From positions 1 to 57,458 of IMG/VR virus record IMGVR_UViG_3300047311_000444: a stretch of DNA of 57,458 nt, one strand, 5' to 3'. Every line of letters starts with the position of its first letter. Position 1 is the stretch's first letter. Position numbers and translations under genes: made by a program. The DNA comes from a virus. Taxonomy: Duplodnaviria; Caudoviricetes. The notes under the pieces were generated by a model, which had not been told where the DNA came from, ran no database searches, and saw only the letters and a list, made by a program, of their open reading frames with translations. Of the stretch, positions 53,180 to 57,458 are shown one piece after another.

Positions 53180-54664
53180 TTAAACTCCAATCTTGCGTTG
53201 ACCCGTGGCAGCGTCCGCAGTCCTTGAATAAACACCGGCTTTGCTCGCTGAAATAAAGCGACCGTTCGCCAGCGTCCGCAAGCTTTCAACTTGGTCCGGA
53301 GCGCTCACAGCAACCGGGACGATATAGCGCGCGGCTTCTGCCAAGGACAAGCCCGTCCTTGAAGCCATATCGCAGCAAGCTTTAATCTCTGCCCCCGTCC
53401 AGTTATCACACTCCGGAAGCGGGTCATTGAAAGTCCCGTCCGGGAAAAACTTTTTGACATACATTGGCCAGATTTTGGCCCGTTCCTCTTCGCTGGGCAG
53501 GTCTACAAAAAACGTCCCCAGAGAGAAGCGGCGCCGCAACTCCGGGGGCAAGCTCGCGATTTTGTTACAAGTCGCAATGAACAGCCCTTTGCCCTGTGAG
53601 ACCGCTTTAAAAACTTCCATCGCTGTTCGAATTCTCCGCTCGCTCTCCCCGACAAGTGAACCCTTCATTGCTCCGGTATCAATCGCCACAACAGGGCAGC
53701 CCGCCACGTTCCCCGCTGCTTTGGCGATTGCGGACTTCCCCGTCCCCGGATGCCCCAGAAGGATGATTCCCGGAATGTTCAGGTCTTGCATGACTTTCAG
53801 AAAAACTTGCAATTGGTCTTGTGAAGTCCCGGACGTATCGCCAGCGCTCCCGGCAAGGCCCTTTTCTATTTCGTCAATGAAGCCAATGCAGCGCACCGGA
53901 GTTTTGCCGCTTGTTAAAACGCGAGTCAAAAAGTCTTTCAGGTTGCCCAGCCCGCCCAGGTCCGCAAACGTTTCCCCGCCCGTCCAGACTTGCAGCCCCG
54001 GAGTCTGTTCGATCATCTTGCGCTTGCGCTCCCAGAGTGCCCCGCAGTCGACTCCGGACTTTGAAACGGACATTGCAAGGACTTGTTCGGCGGCAAACGC
54101 AGAGAGACCGCGAAGCGTGTCAATAACCCTGGGCTTGTCCCCGTCGACGTTGCAGGGCACGGACGCTGCAATGCTGTCCACGATTGCGGAAAGTTCCGTT
54201 TCGTCCGGCAACTCTTCCGTGATCACTAAAACGTCTTGCTTGAGTTCAGCCGGGAGCGTCAATGCTGGGCACAGCAAAACAAGCGTGCATTGCTTTGACT
54301 TGAAAATGTCCCGCAAGTTCCAAAACCCTTGCAAAATATCTACCGTGTCAATGAACCGCTGCGCGTTGTGCCAAAAAAAGATTGAATTCTCCGGGGCACG
54401 CTCCGCAAGGACTTTCAGGCACTCGGCGGGGTTCAAACATTCAATCCCGTTCGGGTTCACTGTGGCCACAAAGCGCTTGCCCCGTTCGGACCCGAATACG
54501 GGGACAAGACCGCGCATAACATCCCACTCGCAAAGGGTGATTTCGGAAAGCTTGCCGTTGAGTTGCTTTAAGCAATTGGCAATTGTCTGGGCGGGGTCCG
54601 CCGATTCGATAGCGCAAAGCGGGACGCTCGCGCGGCGTATGGTTTTAAATTGTGCGGGGCTCAT
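53180..54664 (-). CDS. Ycf46-like AAA+ ATPase
   Basis: LPAEL, TFADLGGLGNLK, GIILLGHPGTGKS.IAKA, GSLVGESE, ATCN..SLPPELRRRF..FFVDLP, WTGAEI. Confidence 0.85.
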   Translation of the reverse strand: MSPAQFKTIRRASVPLCAIESADPAQTIANCLKQLNGKLSEITLCEWDVMRGLVPVFGSERGKRFVATVNPNGIECLNPAECLKVLAERAPENSIFFWHNAQRFIDTVDILQGFWNLRDIFKSKQCTLVLLCPALTLPAELKQDVLVITEELPDETELSAIVDSIAASVPCNVDGDKPRVIDTLRGLSAFAAEQVLAMSVSKSGVDCGALWERKRKMIEQTPGLQVWTGGETFADLGGLGNLKDFLTRVLTSGKTPVRCIGFIDEIEKGLAGSAGDTSGTSQDQLQVFLKVMQDLNIPGIILLGHPGTGKSAIAKAAGNVAGCPVVAIDTGAMKGSLVGESERRIRTAMEVFKAVSQGKGLFIATCNKIASLPPELRRRFSLGTFFVDLPSEEERAKIWPMYVKKFFPDGTFNDPLPECDNWTGAEIKACCDMASRTGLSLAEAARYIVPVAVSAPDQVESLRTLANGRFISASKAGVYSRTADAATGQRKIGV

Positions 54665-54694
54665 ATCGTTTGTTTTAGTTTTACTGTGGCGAGC

Positions 54695-54723
54695 AATCTA
54701 GCAAGCCGCTTGTTCGTTGTCAA
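54695..54723 (-). promoter_or_regulatory. Early sigma70 promoter with operator
   Basis: TTGACA-ACGAACAAGCGGCTTGC-TAGATT. Confidence 0.75.
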
Positions 54724-54821
54724 GAGTTTAAAAAGGTGCCCGTCCCGTAAGTGCAAGACGAACCTTGAGCTTGCCGGGACGGGTGCCCCAGGGGACAAAC
54801 GAGAACCCCAGGGCGAAAGGG

Positions 54822-55361
54822 TTAAGGTGCTCGCCGCTCGCCGCGCATAAACGCGCGCCACTGTTCAGCCGCAAGTTGAGTCTTGAAGCGTGCGTACTCT
54901 ACAGCAACCGCGTCCCGTCCAACTCCACAAAGCGCTCGCCACGGATACTCAGGGCAAGCCGGGTCGCTTTCAATCACGATAGTTGGCAGAACATATCCGG
55001 GGTGTCTGTAGACTTCGCGACCGTCGACAAGCAATCGCACAATGCAGTCGCACAGGATTGCCGGACCCCCGGACGATTGTTTAGACTTCAGGAGCAAGAG
55101 GACTTTGACCGGACCCGTAGACCTGCCCAGGTATCCGGCAACGTCATTCTCTTCAAGCCAATCTTTCCCGGTAGTGGCATCGCCCAGGAACAAGCGCACG
55201 TACGCTTTACTGGCAAAGGCCGCTTCGAGCGCTTGAACTACAGGGCGCGGCGTTGTGTCGTGGTAGTACGTTCCGGACGGTTCGCGAACATCGCGGAACT
55301 TGACGCCGGTTGGACCCGTCCATTCGTGGACAGCCGGACCTTGTGTCGTTGCATTGCTCAT
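54822..55361 (-). CDS. Phage early hypothetical protein
   Basis: VRLFLGD..TGKDWLEE.DV.GYLGRSTG...SSGG.AIL. Confidence 0.7.
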   Translation of the reverse strand: MSNATTQGPAVHEWTGPTGVKFRDVREPSGTYYHDTTPRPVVQALEAAFASKAYVRLFLGDATTGKDWLEENDVAGYLGRSTGPVKVLLLLKSKQSSGGPAILCDCIVRLLVDGREVYRHPGYVLPTIVIESDPACPEYPWRALCGVGRDAVAVEYARFKTQLAAEQWRAFMRGERRAP

Positions 55362-55447
55362 TGTCGTTTGTCGCTTTTGTTATTGGTTCAGTCTGGGCTT
55401 TTGCCCAGCGCTGGCGCCGCGACCTGGGGCCACGGCGCCGCCGCTGT

Positions 55448-55729
55448 TCAAATGCGGTGCGCCGCTTCGAATTGTTTACGTGCCGTGCTCCACCGCACCC
55501 CGGCTTTGCGCGCGTCCCGTTTCGCCTGTGCAAGCTTCTGCCCATGCCACAGGGCGGCCATGCGGTAAAGGTCCGAAAGGGCCACAACGTACCGCGTGCG
55601 CTTGCCTTTCAGCCGCAGTCCGATGAGCGCTTCAGACTGCGAACCTGCTGGCGCAATGGTTATGAGCACCGCGCGAGACCCGATACGCTTCGCGGTCTCA
55701 CGTGTGACGGGCTTTTCCAGTTTCGTCAT
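55448..55729 (-). CDS. Basic hypothetical protein
   Basis: MTKLEKPVTRE...IGLRLKG.R. Confidence 0.65.
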   Translation of the reverse strand: MTKLEKPVTRETAKRIGSRAVLITIAPAGSQSEALIGLRLKGKRTRYVVALSDLYRMAALWHGQKLAQAKRDARKAGVRWSTARKQFEAAHRI

Positions 55730-55935
55730 ACCCCCTTCTCTTTTTCCGCTTCAATGAAAGCCCAGCCGCGCGGCGCCGCTGCGGTCTCGCACTCCGCTTT
55801 CAATATCTCAAGCAAGACTTCGCAGTCGTTGAGTGAGTCGACGGGGTCTCTGTTGGCGGTCTCTGCCAGCGCTCGCTTAAGCCAGAATGAAGCGGCTGGG
55901 CATTGCATGACACGTGCGCGCGTTGTCTTACTCAT
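55726..55935 (-). CDS. Hypothetical protein
   Basis: SFWLKRAL....RDPVD..ND.E.L; ATGA coupling. Confidence 0.65.
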   Translation of the reverse strand: MSKTTRARVMQCPAASFWLKRALAETANRDPVDSLNDCEVLLEILKAECETAAAPRGWAFIEAEKEKGV

Positions 55936-56159
55936 TGGCCCCTCGCTTTCATCCCGTTCAGAAACCAGCGGTTGCCAAGCAAGAGACCGTGCCGCCCATG
56001 CGTGCCGATAATCACGCCCAAGGCGTACCGTTGCCCGCACAGTGCGGGGATAACGGCGCACAGAAACCAATTGTGCCGATTGCAGAACAATCCCGCCGTG
56101 GCGAGCAGCGGGCCAAAGTTTTTGTTAAGGTTTCTCATAAGCTCAAAAGCAGTGAACAA
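55932..56159 (-). CDS. Hypothetical protein
   Basis: Fills the gap; start uncertain. Confidence 0.4.
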   Translation of the reverse strand: MFTAFELMRNLNKNFGPLLATAGLFCNRHNWFLCAVIPALCGQRYALGVIIGTHGRHGLLLGNRWFLNGMKARGQ

Positions 56160-56418
56160 AACCCTGTGAGTCTTCGCGCAAGTTCAAGGTGCGTTTCTTG
56201 CCCAGCCAGCGGAGCAATTCGGATTTGAAAGCGATGTCCGGATCCGTGGTATTGAATGCGAAGCGGAAAGTGAACACTTCGCCATTGTCTCTGTCCGCCA
56301 TACCTTCGAGCGCAAGCCCCCAAAAGTAGGGAGCGAAAACGGGCTCACCCTCAAACTTCCCCGGCTGTGTGATCCGCTCGCCATTGTTCTGGTAGTCGCA
56401 TTGTGGGGTGTTGCTCAT
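56143..56418 (-). CDS. Hypothetical protein
   Basis: PGKFEGEP...YFW...EDSQGFV. Confidence 0.65.
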   Translation of the reverse strand: MSNTPQCDYQNNGERITQPGKFEGEPVFAPYFWGLALEGMADRDNGEVFTFRFAFNTTDPDIAFKSELLRWLGKKRTLNLREDSQGFVHCF

Positions 56419-56651
56419 TGTGCCCCTCCTTCCATGCCGAACGTATTCAGAGTGTGTAAGTGATCACTGGCGCACTGGGGCTTTGAGAGCTTTTGCACAG
56501 TGGAATTGCCTTTGCTGTCATAGGTGACGCGCACAAGGGTGAATTTGCCATGTGCAACGTTGTGCCCAAGGGAGGAATCCCCAGTGCGGGCTTTCAATCG
56601 CTTCATAGCAGAGACCAAGTCCGCAAGCGTCAGTTTGTCGTTTGTCTTCAT
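56415..56651 (-). CDS. First early protein (MKTNDKL...)
   Basis: A-rich leader GACAAACGACAATG. Confidence 0.6.
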   Translation of the reverse strand: MKTNDKLTLADLVSAMKRLKARTGDSSLGHNVAHGKFTLVRVTYDSKGNSTVQKLSKPQCASDHLHTLNTFGMEGGAQ

Positions 56652-56782
56652 TGTCGTTTGTCTGTTCGTTTGTTGTTATACCGTAGGCTGTCAACATACA
56701 GGAGAGCAATCCACAGCACAATCCGCAGTAGTACGGACGAAAGGGCTTGCCCTAGGCGAAGAGTCTGGGGTATGGAAAGGGC

Positions 56783-57334
56783 ATGATCACAGCAGCCGAA
56801 AGCCCCCCGCCAGCACCCCCCAGGATTATCCGTAGGCGCCCCACGGCAGAGACAAAGCGCAAGCTCCGGACAGACTTTGTGCAAGGTCGCGGTTCAATGA
56901 CAAGTCTGGGGCTCAAATACGGGGTCTCTCTCACCAGCGTTAAGGCATGGGCTAAGCGGGAAAAATGGAGCGAGCTTAAAACGGCGTTCAGTGAGCGAGC
57001 GCTTGAGAACACAGTCCTGCCAGTACCAGAACAGCCCGCAAGCTTGCCAGTACTCTCGCCACAGCAAACCCGAATTGCCAGAGTCGAAAGAGAGCTTGAA
57101 CGGTTGGAGCTTGCCATGGACAAGGCCCATGCGGAAGACGGCACGTGCAACGCGCAAACCGTTCGCGATGTAAGTGCCGCGCACTCAAGACTTTTCGACG
57201 TATGGTGCACCCTCACAGGAACGCCGCGACCTGGGGTCCGGAAGACTGTGAAACCGGGTCGCTCGCTCGCTCCTATCATTGCGCCTACTGAGTCGACAGC
57301 GCAAGCGGTTGAACCTCAGAAGCTTGGCGATTAA
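56783..57334 (+). CDS. Terminase small subunit-like HTH protein (allele B)
   Basis: FVQGRGSMTSLGLKYGVS..SVKAWAKREKW HTH; C-terminus AHS.LFD.WC.LTGTPRPGVRK shared with 261-782. Confidence 0.6.
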   Translation: MITAAESPPPAPPRIIRRRPTAETKRKLRTDFVQGRGSMTSLGLKYGVSLTSVKAWAKREKWSELKTAFSERALENTVLPVPEQPASLPVLSPQQTRIARVERELERLELAMDKAHAEDGTCNAQTVRDVSAAHSRLFDVWCTLTGTPRPGVRKTVKPGRSLAPIIAPTESTAQAVEPQKLGD

Positions 57335-57458
57335 TGGCATCACAATGCTTATTATGTTTCAATCGGGCTTGCTCCTTTCGTAAGTGACTCCTAAGCATGC
57401 TTTTGCGCTGGTCTGGACCGTCACCGCGGGCCCAGGGCGGCACCCCCCGCGCGGCGTG
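57332..57458. repeat. 127-bp exact repeat of 780-906
   Basis: Direct comparison. Confidence 0.97.

Larger units (their letters stand above)
780..57331. mobile_element. Probable complete circularly permuted phage genome (Caudoviricetes, podovirus-like), ~56.55 kb
   Basis: TerL, portal, capsid, scaffold, replication and early modules all present; window end is identical to 780-906. Confidence 0.9.

Overview
Apparently complete ~56.5-kb tailed dsDNA phage genome with a podovirus-like virion module (no tape measure; three candidate ejection proteins). The host is probably a Verrucomicrobiota bacterium, inferred from the DnaB N-terminus and host-style secreted proteins. The last 127 bp (57332-57458) are identical to 780-906, so the sequence closes as a circle from 780. 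Bases 1-779 are a divergent second allele of the terS-like/first-early-gene region. Layout: leftward accessory operon (949-7780); rightward replication genes (initiator, DnaC-like loader, DnaB, C5-MTase-like; 8009-11906); leftward terL-portal-ATP-grasp block (11903-18773); rightward tail, ejection, scaffold, glycosyltransferase, capsid, decoration and lysis genes (18826-43457); leftward early/recombination region (43420-56651). No integrase, tRNA, CRISPR array, RT or recognisable endolysin was seen. Best leads: (1) an ~815-nt highly structured, pseudoknotted candidate ncRNA (1330-2145), followed on the same strand by an exact copy of the replication-origin repeat and a small ORF carrying a copy of the capsid N-terminus; (2) a 127-nt T-loop-containing RNA element exactly filling a stop-to-start gap (43840-43966); (3) a ~40-aa Cys module repeated in four genes after the capsid gene, one fused to FN3+LRR (candidate modular capsid-display anchor); (4) four glycosyltransferase-like genes and an ATP-grasp ligase among the virion genes; (5) an overprinted gene, a possible ATA start, a -1 slippery site, a repeated operator and a CGATCG-free early region. 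All assignments come from reading motifs by eye; no searches or folding programs were run.
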